The position numbers were made by a program, and so were the translations under genes. Under the pieces are notes generated by a model. The model saw nothing but the letters and a program-made list of their open reading frames with translations. It was not told the DNA's origin and searched no databases. Positions 45,073-55,576 of a stretch of 64,000 nt of DNA are shown here, one piece after another. Source of the DNA: Candidatus Tayloriibacteriota bacterium. Lineage in GTDB: Bacteria > Patescibacteriota > Minisyncoccia > Phycocordibacterales > PALSA-1337. Location: the NCBI GenBank assembly GCA_903857825.1, contig CAIOGI010000010.1, positions 46,542 to 110,541 of the forward strand, in the 5' to 3' direction. How positions within the stretch are numbered: position 1 is the stretch's first letter; every line of letters begins with the position of its first letter.

Positions 45073-47886
45073 TTATACACCTATCGGCTTACTTCCACTT
45101 TTAGGTTTCATTCCATTTTTTGGTAAAGTAAAGTAGAAAGTCGTACCTTTATTTTCTATAGACTCAAACCATATTTTACCACCACTCGATTTCTCAATAA
45201 TTGATTTGATAATATATAAACCTAGACCAGTACCAGAAGTATCATTTGCTTTCGCATTATCAGCACGGAAAAGCTTTGTGAAGATCTCTCCTTGTTGACT
45301 TTGTGGTATACCATAACCATTATCAGATACAGAGACTAGTAAATCATCTTTTACTATTTTTATTTCTAATACAATACTTCCACCTTCATTTGTATACTTT
45401 AATGCATTGGTAAGTAAGTTTTGAAAAACCATCCTTATTAATTTACCATCTAAACTAATCTTCTCTAATCCTTTCTCATAGATAGCTTTAACCTTCATTT
45501 TCTTTTCAAGGATGATTGGTTTAAGTTCATTCAATACACTTTCTGAAATTTCAGTAATATCTGACATAGTAGGCTCCACTGCGAATGTACCTAATTCAAT
45601 TCTCGAGACATTTAATAATGATCCCACCAAATCAATCATATGCTTATTACCTATATATATTTCATCTATAAACTCTTTTTGTTTTTTATTTAATTTTCCA
45701 GCATCACCAGAAAGAAGCATTTCTGAATACCATCCGATGGTAGAAAGAGGTGTTCTAAGCTGATGAGAAGCAAGCGAAACGAATTCAGTCTTTGCTTTGT
45801 CAATATCCTTCTCAATCGTAACATCTCTAAACACCTCTATTGTTCCTATTATTTTACCGTTAAAAAGAAACGGGGTTACTGTAGAATTTATAGGGAATTT
45901 AGAACCATCCTTTCTACAATAGTAATGCGATTGACCACTAGGTGTTACGGTTTTTTCTCCTGTTGACAGAGCCATGATAACAGGACGACGAGATAGTGGT
46001 ATGTCTTGATTATTTTCATCTACTGTTCGAATAATATTTATAATTGGCTTATCTATAAGTTCTTCACTGGCATACCCCAGCATTTGCATTGTAGAATTAT
46101 TTGCAAATGCAATTATACCATCTTGATTTGTTGTTATAACTCCATCTCCTATACCAGCCAATACAGCTTCATCTTTAGCTTTTTCTATAGTCAATTTTTG
46201 AGCCTGCTCTTGCATACTATTTAATACTTTTCTAATTTGATCTTCAGCTTCTATTCTTTCTGTTATGTCTCTTTCAATTGCCACAAAGTATATAACTTCA
46301 CCCTTATCATTTAAAACTGGAGAAATACTTATCATAGCTGTGTATGATTCACCATTTTTTCTCTTATTTTTTATCTCACTTATAAATGGCTTCTTGTCTA
46401 TTTTAATAGTATCCCAAAGCTTTTTGTAATACTCAACTGGCATCGGAAGTCTCCAAAGAACTGCAGCTTTTTTTCCAAGTGCCTCCTCGGGCTTGAAACC
46501 GGTAATTTTTTCTACTGTACTGTTTCCATAAATAACTATACCCTCTGGATCTGTTATGACTACTTGATCTGAAGCATTATCTACTGCCAGTTTAAATTTT
46601 TGCAAATCATTTGCTAAATTTTCTACATTTTTCTTCTCCTTTTGTATATCCTCAAGAACATTGAGCATGGCAATTTGCCTTCCATGAAGTTCCAAGGCCT
46701 TATTATTGATATCTTTTGTCTGTTCAGCTACTTTTGCATCGACTTCTTTCTTCGATTCTCTTACAGATATCATCATATCATTAAATGCCCTAGAGACGTC
46801 TGCAATTTCATCTTTAGTATCAATAATTAAGCTGTAATTTAAATTGCCATTTTTTATATTTTCAGCAGCTATTCTCAAATACTTTATTGAACGAGTAATC
46901 TTTTTTGACAAAAATAAGCCAATAACATAGTACATGAGTATCGCAATTAAAAAGATAATCGCAAATATTTTCAGCATATCAATTCTAAAGGACATCAAGT
47001 CAGCTTTGTCGGCTTTTGTAATCAAACACCAGCCAGTTTCTGGTATATATGCGTGAGTTGTTATTACATCTATATTTCTATAGTCTTTTGATTCTATAAT
47101 TTCGTTACTGCCAAGAAAATTATTTAATCCTGAATATCCATTTTCTTTTACATAATTCACTAACCTGTCACTGAAGCAATTCCTAGCATTTTCAGTATCA
47201 TTTTTTTCTTTTAGAATAACCTCATTACCCAAAAAGATTGATGGGGTAATAAAATATTTATCTTTATTTATTAAAAAATTCTCCTCAGTTCTTCCAAGCC
47301 CATTTTCATTCTTAACAATATTAAAAAAGTATTCTGGTGAATATACAAGTACAGATAATCCTATAAAATTGCCACTATCATCTTTAACTGGAGCTGAGAT
47401 TGCGAAGTTCAAATCTTTATTTGGCTCTGAATAATTCAAGTCTTTTATGTATACGCCGTTTTTTGCCTGCGTAAAGTACAAATCATTCGACTTGTCTAAA
47501 CCCTCATTTTCTGGATTTGATGAGGCTATTATCTTACCCTTCGAGTCAATAATCATCGACTCAATAATTTGTTTTTGAATTTGTGTATTACTTATCAGAC
47601 GTTTGGTTGCTTTTTGCTTTATCTCCGAATACAGCTTGCTAGTTGTAGACTCTTTTAACAGCTCTCTATACACAACACCGACAGAAAGGATCTCAGCGGT
47701 TTTTATTTGTTCCTGTATAAAGGTTCTTATGTGCTCTGCTCTAGCTCTATTACTTGAACTTAGATACGAATCAATATTCTTTCTCACAAGATTTGTAGAA
47801 TATGAACTTAGAAATATAGCCAACAGAATCAAAATGACTATGAAGGTTGTTAAGTAGCTAAAATTAATTTTATTTCTAATTCTCAT
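45073..47886 (-). CDS. multi-sensor histidine kinase (Cache sensor, HAMP, 2 x PAS, HisKA, HATPase_c; no receiver)
   Basis: ...FVSLASHQLRTPLSTI... H-box; ...DNGYGIPQ...GTGLGLYI... ATPase; 937 aa. Confidence 0.85.
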   Translation of the reverse strand: MRIRNKINFSYLTTFIVILILLAIFLSSYSTNLVRKNIDSYLSSSNRARAEHIRTFIQEQIKTAEILSVGVVYRELLKESTTSKLYSEIKQKATKRLISNTQIQKQIIESMIIDSKGKIIASSNPENEGLDKSNDLYFTQAKNGVYIKDLNYSEPNKDLNFAISAPVKDDSGNFIGLSVLVYSPEYFFNIVKNENGLGRTEENFLINKDKYFITPSIFLGNEVILKEKNDTENARNCFSDRLVNYVKENGYSGLNNFLGSNEIIESKDYRNIDVITTHAYIPETGWCLITKADKADLMSFRIDMLKIFAIIFLIAILMYYVIGLFLSKKITRSIKYLRIAAENIKNGNLNYSLIIDTKDEIADVSRAFNDMMISVRESKKEVDAKVAEQTKDINNKALELHGRQIAMLNVLEDIQKEKKNVENLANDLQKFKLAVDNASDQVVITDPEGIVIYGNSTVEKITGFKPEEALGKKAAVLWRLPMPVEYYKKLWDTIKIDKKPFISEIKNKRKNGESYTAMISISPVLNDKGEVIYFVAIERDITERIEAEDQIRKVLNSMQEQAQKLTIEKAKDEAVLAGIGDGVITTNQDGIIAFANNSTMQMLGYASEELIDKPIINIIRTVDENNQDIPLSRRPVIMALSTGEKTVTPSGQSHYYCRKDGSKFPINSTVTPFLFNGKIIGTIEVFRDVTIEKDIDKAKTEFVSLASHQLRTPLSTIGWYSEMLLSGDAGKLNKKQKEFIDEIYIGNKHMIDLVGSLLNVSRIELGTFAVEPTMSDITEISESVLNELKPIILEKKMKVKAIYEKGLEKISLDGKLIRMVFQNLLTNALKYTNEGGSIVLEIKIVKDDLLVSVSDNGYGIPQSQQGEIFTKLFRADNAKANDTSGTGLGLYIIKSIIEKSSGGKIWFESIENKGTTFYFTLPKNGMKPKSGSKPIGV

Positions 47887-49202
47887 AGAGCTTTCTTTGA
47901 TGACTTTAATTCTTCAATCTCCTTCTTTAGTTTTATCATTTCCAACTCTCTTCCAACCATGAGTTTGTTGGTACGCTCAGATTCAGATAAATTATTTTTT
48001 AATTCAATCTCCTTTTTACTTAATTCTTCAGTTCTTTCTCTAACCTTATTGTCAAGATTATTATAAAGATCAGCCAATTTACTTGCCATTATATTAAATG
48101 ATCCAGCAAGTTCTGAGAATTCATCATTCTGACCAACATCAATCTTTTTATTGAAATTACCATCACTGATCTCTTTAGAAAAAACTTTTAACTTGTTTAG
48201 CGGACTAATAATCCTAGTAACAGTTTTGAATATAATCAAAATCATAGCTATAAGACCAATGAGAATGAGGACTATGAGCATTATGGTTATATTTATGACT
48301 GTACCTGTTATGCTTTCAATTCCTATTTCAGTTACCAAAAAAAACGGAAGATTGTTTATTCTAGAAACACTGATGATTTCATCCTCGCTTTCTTTTTCAT
48401 CATAAATCTTAATGGTTGTTGGTGCTTTATAATTACGCACAAGCTCCTGCGCCTCGGTATATTGAATGGGGAGTATTTCTTTTCCAAGATATTTATCCGT
48501 CTTAGATATTTTTTCTTTTTCTATATCTGATAATTCACCAAGACTCTTTAGAAATCTTTTTTCTTTATTAGAATAAATAATAACTCCATTTTCATCTGTA
48601 AGCATAACTGTACTTTCTTTTGCAGCCTCACTGTACATGAGAGAATTATTTATTTCCTTTACATCAACTTTGACAACCATTACACCCAGAACATCTTTAT
48701 TTTTGTTAATGACAGGATAGGAGAAATAATAGCCAAATTCATTTGTAGTTTTTCCAAGAAAATGATCTACGAAATGTTCGCCTTTAAGGCCTTTTTTGAA
48801 ATAATCTCTAAAAGAGTAGTTTTGACCACTCAGACGTGGATCTGTAGATATAAGAGTATTGCCCTCTTTATCTAATAAATATATTGATAAGTACTTTTTA
48901 TCATCAGAAGCATAATCAGAAAATATTCCAAGAAGTTCAGTTCTTTTTGCCTCTGTTTTGTTTAAAAGATATTCCAATACCCTTGTACGAGTTCCTAGCA
49001 TTTTCACAAATAGTTCATTATTTGTGAAAATCTGAGCAGACTCATGTGTCTGTTCTATGTTTAATTGTCCTATAGACTTTATTTTTTGTTCTATAAGTAC
49101 ATTATTCAAATAAAAATAAGTAGAAAAGCTAAAAATAATACAAAATAGTAAAGAAATTAATGATAATGATATTATAATCTTTTTTCTTATTGTATATTTC
49201 AT
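47883..49202 (-). CDS. Cache-sensor + HAMP + coiled-coil protein with no output domain; 4-bp overlap with the downstream histidine kinase gene
   Basis: TM, sensor, TM, HAMP (ISPLNKLKVFSKEISDGNFNKKIDV...DEFSELAGSFNIM...), then coiled coil; 439 aa. Confidence 0.6.
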   Translation of the reverse strand: MKYTIRKKIIISLSLISLLFCIIFSFSTYFYLNNVLIEQKIKSIGQLNIEQTHESAQIFTNNELFVKMLGTRTRVLEYLLNKTEAKRTELLGIFSDYASDDKKYLSIYLLDKEGNTLISTDPRLSGQNYSFRDYFKKGLKGEHFVDHFLGKTTNEFGYYFSYPVINKNKDVLGVMVVKVDVKEINNSLMYSEAAKESTVMLTDENGVIIYSNKEKRFLKSLGELSDIEKEKISKTDKYLGKEILPIQYTEAQELVRNYKAPTTIKIYDEKESEDEIISVSRINNLPFFLVTEIGIESITGTVINITIMLIVLILIGLIAMILIIFKTVTRIISPLNKLKVFSKEISDGNFNKKIDVGQNDEFSELAGSFNIMASKLADLYNNLDNKVRERTEELSKKEIELKNNLSESERTNKLMVGRELEMIKLKKEIEELKSSKKAL

Positions 49203-49237
49203 TTTTTTAAATTAACTTTAACCATTATACCAAGATA

Positions 49238-49645
49238 TTAAATTTCTTGCCATGAAGATATAACCAGTGGATTGAATGAGCTCGTATTTATATTTAATTT
49301 CCTTATGACACCAGCAGATTCTCCGGATATAACTATACTTCTTGTGCCTCCACCTGTATTGATTATATTGTAATTACAAGAATCACCATCTAAAGTGATA
49401 TTATCAGTACCAGTATAATTGTTATTTTCTCTGATAGTTTCTAGAGCAACTTCAGCACACGCCATTGTCAAACTTTTTGCCTTGTTAGCATTTTTTGTAT
49501 CAGTACTTCCTTTTATTGACCAGAGACTACTGGTTGATAGTGTTAAGGCTAATGACAGTGCAACGGTTCCGATGATAATAACTATAAATAAAGTAGAAAA
49601 ACCTTTTTTGTTTATAAAGTTATTATATTTTTTAGTGTTAATCAT
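49238..49645 (-). CDS. pilin-like protein (prepilin-type N-terminal hydrophobic segment, lacks Glu+5)
   Basis: KKGFSTLFIVIIIGTVALSLAL; 135 aa; in the pilus gene cluster. Confidence 0.5.
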   Translation of the reverse strand: MINTKKYNNFINKKGFSTLFIVIIIGTVALSLALTLSTSSLWSIKGSTDTKNANKAKSLTMACAEVALETIRENNNYTGTDNITLDGDSCNYNIINTGGGTRSIVISGESAGVIRKLNINTSSFNPLVISSWQEI

Positions 49646-49660
49646 ATATAAATTTGTATA

Positions 49661-50176
49661 TTATTTTCTCAATCCCCCACTACCGAAGAAAGTAAAGGAG
49701 TAAGCTCCTCCAGGACTAGTAGTTGTCGATATGCTAGAAAGTTTAAAGGAAATTTTAATAATATTTGGAGTACTAGGTCGTGATAAGTTTGAAAATATTA
49801 AATCACTAGCTATAACCTTGTTATTAGTTAAAGCAATCTCTGCTCCAGATCCTTCTTTCATATAAATAACTCCGTTGTTTTCAGAAAATATGGTTGGATT
49901 TTTAATTGATGTATATGTTACTAAATTTAAATTTAATGCTGTATTCCCTATTGTAGGACTATTTACCTGACTTGCATTACGTAATGTCTGAGTAATAGTC
50001 TTCATTACTCTCGCACCTTGATCATTTACTTCAAGTACTATTTGATTGTGCAATCTCGAAGAGGATAAACTACTCATAAAAGTAGTAACCGAAAGTATGA
50101 AGATAGAAAATATGCTTATATATATAAGTGTTTCAACTAAACTAATTCCTTTTTTGAATTCAAATGTTTTAAACAT
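49661..50176 (-). CDS. type IV pilin / pseudopilin (prepilin-type cleavage and methylation N-terminus)
   Basis: KKGISLVETLIYISIFSIF (G^xxxxE); 171 aa. Confidence 0.6.
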   Translation of the reverse strand: MFKTFEFKKGISLVETLIYISIFSIFILSVTTFMSSLSSSRLHNQIVLEVNDQGARVMKTITQTLRNASQVNSPTIGNTALNLNLVTYTSIKNPTIFSENNGVIYMKEGSGAEIALTNNKVIASDLIFSNLSRPSTPNIIKISFKLSSISTTTSPGGAYSFTFFGSGGLRK

Positions 50177-50186
50177 ACATTTTCAA

Positions 50187-52328
50187 TTATTGTGGCCTTA
50201 GATTAACACCGAATGCGTGTTTTACAGTAGTTCCACTCGTACCTATACTATCAATATCACCTATCACACCAGTATTTGAAATAAACTTTCTATATCCTGC
50301 CCTTGAAAAGTCAGAACTAGTATTTCCATGGTCATAGTCCTCGGTCCAGCCGCCAGACTGCGTAAGCGGTGCAGCAAATGTTCTAACTGTTGTTGTATAC
50401 ATACTCGGGAACATCAAAACAGTTGAACTTGCAAACGATGCATTTATCGAAGCTGCTCTATATGTTGTATTATTTGCTACATACTCTACATTTGTTGATG
50501 TCGCAATTGGATTTGCTGTGTTGAAGCATCCTCTATATGCAGATATTGTCACTGCTAATTTTGAACTTGAAGTCAGACCAAATGTATAATTTGAACCCTC
50601 TCCAGCCTGAGCAACTTTATAATACAAAGCTTGATTATTTACATTATTTTTATGACGTCCTATTAATGTCCAACCTGCTGGTATAGTAGAAAGTCGGTCA
50701 GAAGAATTTGAATGCAGAATATGAGCAAACATAATATCATTGGTTGTGACACCTGTAGGTTTATTAACAATTGCTGATGTGGCTCCAGATGAATCAAATA
50801 ACGTAGGTGTACCAACCAAAGCTGAGGCAACCGAACATGATGGGGCTACTATTTGTTCATTTGTAATTAAACAGCTTTTAGAACTTCCAGCAATAAGCGT
50901 TACTGCGCCACTAGAATTACAATCCCCAGTAAATGTTCTTGTATAATTTGCATCATTTGCCTCAGAAACTGAATATGTGCCTGAGTCCATTAATGTTGAT
51001 GCTGCTAGAGTAACTGTAGTCGTTCCATTTGCATTTCCAACTCTAAACGGAGCAAAGTCAGAAGCAACTTTTGTACCTCCATGATTTATAACAGTTTTGT
51101 TTACCGTGATGTATGCTGGTTTTTCTTCATTAATTAATGTGCAGTATTTTGTCGCTCCAGATGTTAAAACCACCGTACTTGTCGCATTACAATCACCACT
51201 AAAACTGAGTGAGTAAAGTGTGCTTGTAGCTTCAGATACCACATGAGATCCAGAATCTAGTGTTGTGGTTGCGCCTAGTGTAACCGTATTTCCATCAATC
51301 TTATATGGAGCAAAGTCTGCTGCAACTTTTGAGCCTCCATGATTTATAACAGTTTTATTTAAAACAATTGAAGAAAGTTTCTCTTCGTTTGTTATAGTGC
51401 AGTTTTTTGTATTTCCTGCTGTCAGAGTTACCAGTCCACCAGAATCACAATCACCACTAAATGATCTATCGTATAGTGAATCATTTACTTCAGAAACTGT
51501 ATGTAGTCCTGAATTAAAAGTATTAAGCGCTCCAGAAATAACAGGGTTAGAATCAATCAGTAGTGTAAAATCAGAGGCGATTTTGGAAAGTCCATGATTA
51601 ATAACAGATTTAGTGACCACAATTTTAGATGGTTTTTCTTCATTTGTTATAGTACATGAGTTTGTTGTACTTGCGACTAGATTGATGTCACCATTTGTAT
51701 CACAATCACCACTAAACGTAGTTGTGTAACTCGCATCGTTTGATTCAGAGATACTATATACACCTGGTGGGAATTCATTGGCAATACCGATATTTACTGT
51801 CGTTGTACCTACTTGATATGGAGCAAAGTCTGCTGCTACCTTAGAAGCTCCATGATTAATAACACTTTTGTTTACTGTTAACCCAGCATTTGTATTCAAA
51901 ATTGCACGCCAATTGGTTAGATATGTACTTAGCTTTAAAGTATTAGTCGCAGATATTTGATCTGCCCAGTTTATAGTCACATCAACTCTTTTTTGATTAT
52001 CATTTATTGTAGTAATATTCAATGTCCTGCTAAAAATATCACTTAGATCAGAAACTCCAGAAAAGCTCCACTGATTAGTCGATGTAGATAGTCCGTATGT
52101 ACCGTCAATTAGATTGTTAAAATTTTCATCTCTTATATTTCTAGATGCCTCTATCGCTTCTTCTGCAAGTACCGCTGCCCTTTGTTTGTTTGCAGAGTTT
52201 CTGACCTCCTTACTTACATTACCTGTAACATTTGTAGTAGCTATAATAAATACAAGAAAAATAGAGACCGATACTAGTAATTCTACCAGTGAAAAACCTT
52301 TTTTAATATGTAACAGTTCCTTTTTCAT
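50187..52328 (-). CDS. large type IV pilin-like protein (713 aa) with four tandem ~85-aa Cys-pair repeats
   Basis: KKGFSLVELLVSVSIFLVF prepilin N-terminus; repeats VINHG(A/G/L)(S/T)K(V/I)A(A/S)DF...FSGDC...C(T/L)ITNEEK at residues ~151-234, 235-320, 321-404, 405-492. Confidence 0.65.
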   Translation of the reverse strand: MKKELLHIKKGFSLVELLVSVSIFLVFIIATTNVTGNVSKEVRNSANKQRAAVLAEEAIEASRNIRDENFNNLIDGTYGLSTSTNQWSFSGVSDLSDIFSRTLNITTINDNQKRVDVTINWADQISATNTLKLSTYLTNWRAILNTNAGLTVNKSVINHGASKVAADFAPYQVGTTTVNIGIANEFPPGVYSISESNDASYTTTFSGDCDTNGDINLVASTTNSCTITNEEKPSKIVVTKSVINHGLSKIASDFTLLIDSNPVISGALNTFNSGLHTVSEVNDSLYDRSFSGDCDSGGLVTLTAGNTKNCTITNEEKLSSIVLNKTVINHGGSKVAADFAPYKIDGNTVTLGATTTLDSGSHVVSEATSTLYSLSFSGDCNATSTVVLTSGATKYCTLINEEKPAYITVNKTVINHGGTKVASDFAPFRVGNANGTTTVTLAASTLMDSGTYSVSEANDANYTRTFTGDCNSSGAVTLIAGSSKSCLITNEQIVAPSCSVASALVGTPTLFDSSGATSAIVNKPTGVTTNDIMFAHILHSNSSDRLSTIPAGWTLIGRHKNNVNNQALYYKVAQAGEGSNYTFGLTSSSKLAVTISAYRGCFNTANPIATSTNVEYVANNTTYRAASINASFASSTVLMFPSMYTTTVRTFAAPLTQSGGWTEDYDHGNTSSDFSRAGYRKFISNTGVIGDIDSIGTSGTTVKHAFGVNLRPQ
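50853..51878. repeat. four tandem ~255-bp DNA repeats inside the giant pilin gene
   Basis: recurring blocks e.g. ...ctccatgat(t/a)(t/a)ataaca(g/c)(t/a)ttt(g/a)tt... at about 51100, 51340, 51600, 51850. Confidence 0.6.
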
Positions 52329-52764
52329 TTATATTAATATTTTTACTACCATATTCATTTGTAAGGGTCATTGTACCTGTCATACTTGTTTCTCCATTTA
52401 GCTTTTCAAATACAATTTCAGAAAGACCGCCGTTACTCATATTACCAGAGAAACTTAATGATTGTTCGAAATCCAAATCTCTACTATCGTAACTATCACC
52501 CTTAAAAACCAAAACCTTATCTGCAAACACTTTTACCCCCCATTTCGAATCAAATTTTCCAGACTCTGCACTTGCTTGTGCAAAACGTATTGCTTCCACC
52601 AAACCATTGGTGGCCAATTCTAAATTTGTATGTGACTTATAATTATAATATGAAGCAGTAGATATACTTGCGACAATAGCAAAAATACCAATAACAATTA
52701 GTACTTCCAAAAGAGAAAAACCCTTTTTATGAGATTTGTTCTGATAAACCATATATTGGTCCAA
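52303..52764 (-). CDS. type IV pilin / pseudopilin (GspH/FimT-like)
   Basis: KKGFSLLEVLIVIGIFAIV prepilin N-terminus; 153 aa. Confidence 0.6.
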   Translation of the reverse strand: MDQYMVYQNKSHKKGFSLLEVLIVIGIFAIVASISTASYYNYKSHTNLELATNGLVEAIRFAQASAESGKFDSKWGVKVFADKVLVFKGDSYDSRDLDFEQSLSFSGNMSNGGLSEIVFEKLNGETSMTGTMTLTNEYGSKNININEKGTVTY

Positions 52765-53869
52765 TTACTGCTAATACAATAAATCCTACAACTATTCCCA
52801 CAACTATTAATATTATTGGTTCAAGGACCGTCGCCAAGTCTCTAGACATGGCTTCAGTTTTTTCTTCAAAGATCACGCCAACCTTTATGGATGTTTCGGA
52901 CAAGCGACCTGATTTTTCTGCAGAAAGAATTAATTGTTGAATAGGTATCGGAACAAATCTCTCAGGCTTGTGATAGCTTGCTAAGGCAAGTTTAAATGAA
53001 TCACCATTCAATATAGATTCTTGTAAATGATTATAAAACTTTCTATATTGTGCATACGTTGTTCCTTTCTTCACTGATTCGAGGGCTTCATTTACTTGAA
53101 ATCCTGCTTGGAGTAATACTCCGAAAATATAGCCAAATCTTGCAAGCTCAACTCCTTGTATAAGATTTTTGACTCCTGGTATAGAAAATAGTATATAATC
53201 GCCGATAAATTTGGTTTTTTTAAATACAAAAACTAAATACACTAAAACAAATAAACCTACAATCACAGCAGGTACAGCCACAACTCCATAAACAGTAAGG
53301 AAATTACCAATCCAAAGCAAAATTCTTGTTGATACTGGCAATGTACCACTAGATGCTTGGAACATGGAAACCAGTCTTGGTAATACTACCCAGGAGCTTA
53401 CAACTCCCACAACAAATGCAAGTATCAATACTATGCCAGGATATAGAAGTGCAGAACGTAATCTAGAATTAAACATCTTTTCTTTGTGTTGCTGAAGGGT
53501 AACTAGATTTAGATGTTCAGGCAATCTACCTCCTTCTTCACCAGATCTTATGAGAGAAACAACTCTCTCAGAAAGAAAATTTGTCGCTTCAAAAGCTTTC
53601 CATAATGGTATCCCGTCATTTACCATATTTTCAATAGCTAATGTAGTTTTTTTCAAGGCTCTTCCTTTTATAGAAAGATTTAATGCTGAAAGTGCATTTG
53701 AAATACCCATACCAGAAGCTACGAGCAAACTAAGATTTTCAATAAAATAATCCTGTTCATCTCCAAATCCAATACTGATATATGGCCAGTCTGGTCTATA
53801 CTCAAAAACTGGCCTACTAAAACCTTTTTTTTCAAATGACTCTCTTAATTCAATCTTTCTATTTTGCAT
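52727..53869 (-). CDS. pilC: type IV pilus / T2SS platform protein (PilC/GspF family)
   Basis: two T2SS-F repeats, three TM segments, about 380 aa. Confidence 0.85.
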   Translation of the reverse strand: MQNRKIELRESFEKKGFSRPVFEYRPDWPYISIGFGDEQDYFIENLSLLVASGMGISNALSALNLSIKGRALKKTTLAIENMVNDGIPLWKAFEATNFLSERVVSLIRSGEEGGRLPEHLNLVTLQQHKEKMFNSRLRSALLYPGIVLILAFVVGVVSSWVVLPRLVSMFQASSGTLPVSTRILLWIGNFLTVYGVVAVPAVIVGLFVLVYLVFVFKKTKFIGDYILFSIPGVKNLIQGVELARFGYIFGVLLQAGFQVNEALESVKKGTTYAQYRKFYNHLQESILNGDSFKLALASYHKPERFVPIPIQQLILSAEKSGRLSETSIKVGVIFEEKTEAMSRDLATVLEPIILIVVGIVVGFIVLAVIGPIYGLSEQIS

Positions 53870-53896
53870 AATATTATTAAAATTAACGCATTAGAA

Positions 53897-55546
53897 TTAT
53901 TGAGGAACTACTACTCTCAAGAGTTCTTCAATTGTAGTTACTCCTTCCTTAATTTTATCTACCCCATCTTCAAACATTGTTTTAAATCCCTGACTTCTAA
54001 CAAGGGTGTATACGTCTTTTGTTGAAGGACTCTTACCGATCAAATCTTGTAATTCTGGAGATGTTTTCAAAAACTCAAATACTCCTATACGCCCCTTAAA
54101 GCCTGTATGTGAGCAAGAATCACATCCCTTTCCTTTATAAAAGTTAAATGTCTTGCCAACAAAATATTTACTTACCTCTGGTCCAAATTTACTGATTTTG
54201 CTTTGTGTATATGACTGACTAACCTTGCAAGAATCACATATTTTTCTAACCAATCTTTGTGCTATCAATAATTCTATTGTAGAACCCGCTAGAAATGGTT
54301 CAATTCCCATATCAATAAATCTTGGTATTGCTGCTGTGGCATTATTGGCATGAAAAGTAGACAAAAGTAGGTGCCCAGTAAGCGCTGCATTTACAGCTAT
54401 ATCTGCAGTTTCAAGATCTCGAATTTCACCTACGAATATTGTATTTGGATCCTGTCTGGTAATAGCTCTCAGACCTTTTGCAAAAGTAAGATTTGTTTGT
54501 TGATTTACTTGAATCTGATTTATACCTTGAATCTTATATTCAACTGGATCCTCGATCGTGGTAATGTTTGTTCTTTGGGTGTTAATAACTTTAATTATTG
54601 AGTAAAGGGTAGTTGTCTTTCCAGATCCAGTAGGACCGGTGACCAAAATCATTCCAAAAGGTTTCTTAGAGCTTACCTCGATCTGATCTTGTAGGCTTTT
54701 TGATAATCCAATGTCACTTAATGTTAGATCACGAACGTATGATGACAAGACGCGTATAGCGACTTTCTCTCCATCCAGCGTTGGGACAATTGATACTCGC
54801 AGATCAACTGGATGTGGATAGTTTTTTGAAATATAACGAATAGCTCCGTCTTGGGCACTAAAATGTTCATCTATGCGAAGTTTTGCCTGAACTTTTATAC
54901 GATTTACAATGTTTTCATAATATTCTTTTGGTAATTCACCAGCATCATGTAGTATTCCATCAATTCTAAAACGAATAGCAACTTTATTTTCTTGTGGTTC
55001 ACAGTGTATGTCTGAAGTTTTAAGCAATAAAGCATCTTCGAAAATCTGATCAAGTATTTCTGGTGCGACTCGCCCTTTTGACTCAATTATTTTTGAAAAT
55101 TTAGTTTTTAGTCCTTGTTGATAATTTACAAAAATAGAATCGATTTCATCAGACAATGCATAGGTGATTTTTATCTTTTTCCCAGGAAAAATAGGTGAAA
55201 GTCCCTCCACCAATGCCTTGTTTAAAGGATCATCAGTTGCTATCACTATTTCAGAATTTGTTTGAGAGAAAACAATAACACGAAGCTTTCTAGCGATTTC
55301 TTCAGGTATTAGCAATACCTGCTCTCTATTTGGTTGTTTTATACTTAAATCTGAATATTGAATTTTTAAAGATTCAGCAATTGCTTGACCAATAATATCT
55401 GTACTAGTAAGTCCTTCTAATAACAAATATTCTGTTGGCAACACTCTATGATCTTCAGCATAGTCTCTCGCTTTTTTAATATCTTCTTCAGTAATATAAT
55501 TTCCATCTAGTAGAATCTTTATTATTGTTTCTTGATCAAATTTCAT
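53897..55546 (-). CDS. pilB: type IV pilus assembly ATPase (PilB/GspE family)
   Basis: Walker A GPTGSGKTTT, Asp box, His box, tetracysteine CDSC...CSHTG; 549 aa. Confidence 0.9.
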   Translation of the reverse strand: MKFDQETIIKILLDGNYITEEDIKKARDYAEDHRVLPTEYLLLEGLTSTDIIGQAIAESLKIQYSDLSIKQPNREQVLLIPEEIARKLRVIVFSQTNSEIVIATDDPLNKALVEGLSPIFPGKKIKITYALSDEIDSIFVNYQQGLKTKFSKIIESKGRVAPEILDQIFEDALLLKTSDIHCEPQENKVAIRFRIDGILHDAGELPKEYYENIVNRIKVQAKLRIDEHFSAQDGAIRYISKNYPHPVDLRVSIVPTLDGEKVAIRVLSSYVRDLTLSDIGLSKSLQDQIEVSSKKPFGMILVTGPTGSGKTTTLYSIIKVINTQRTNITTIEDPVEYKIQGINQIQVNQQTNLTFAKGLRAITRQDPNTIFVGEIRDLETADIAVNAALTGHLLLSTFHANNATAAIPRFIDMGIEPFLAGSTIELLIAQRLVRKICDSCKVSQSYTQSKISKFGPEVSKYFVGKTFNFYKGKGCDSCSHTGFKGRIGVFEFLKTSPELQDLIGKSPSTKDVYTLVRSQGFKTMFEDGVDKIKEGVTTIEELLRVVVPQ

Positions 55547-55576
55547 AATATTTATTATATAAAAGAACTTTACTAA

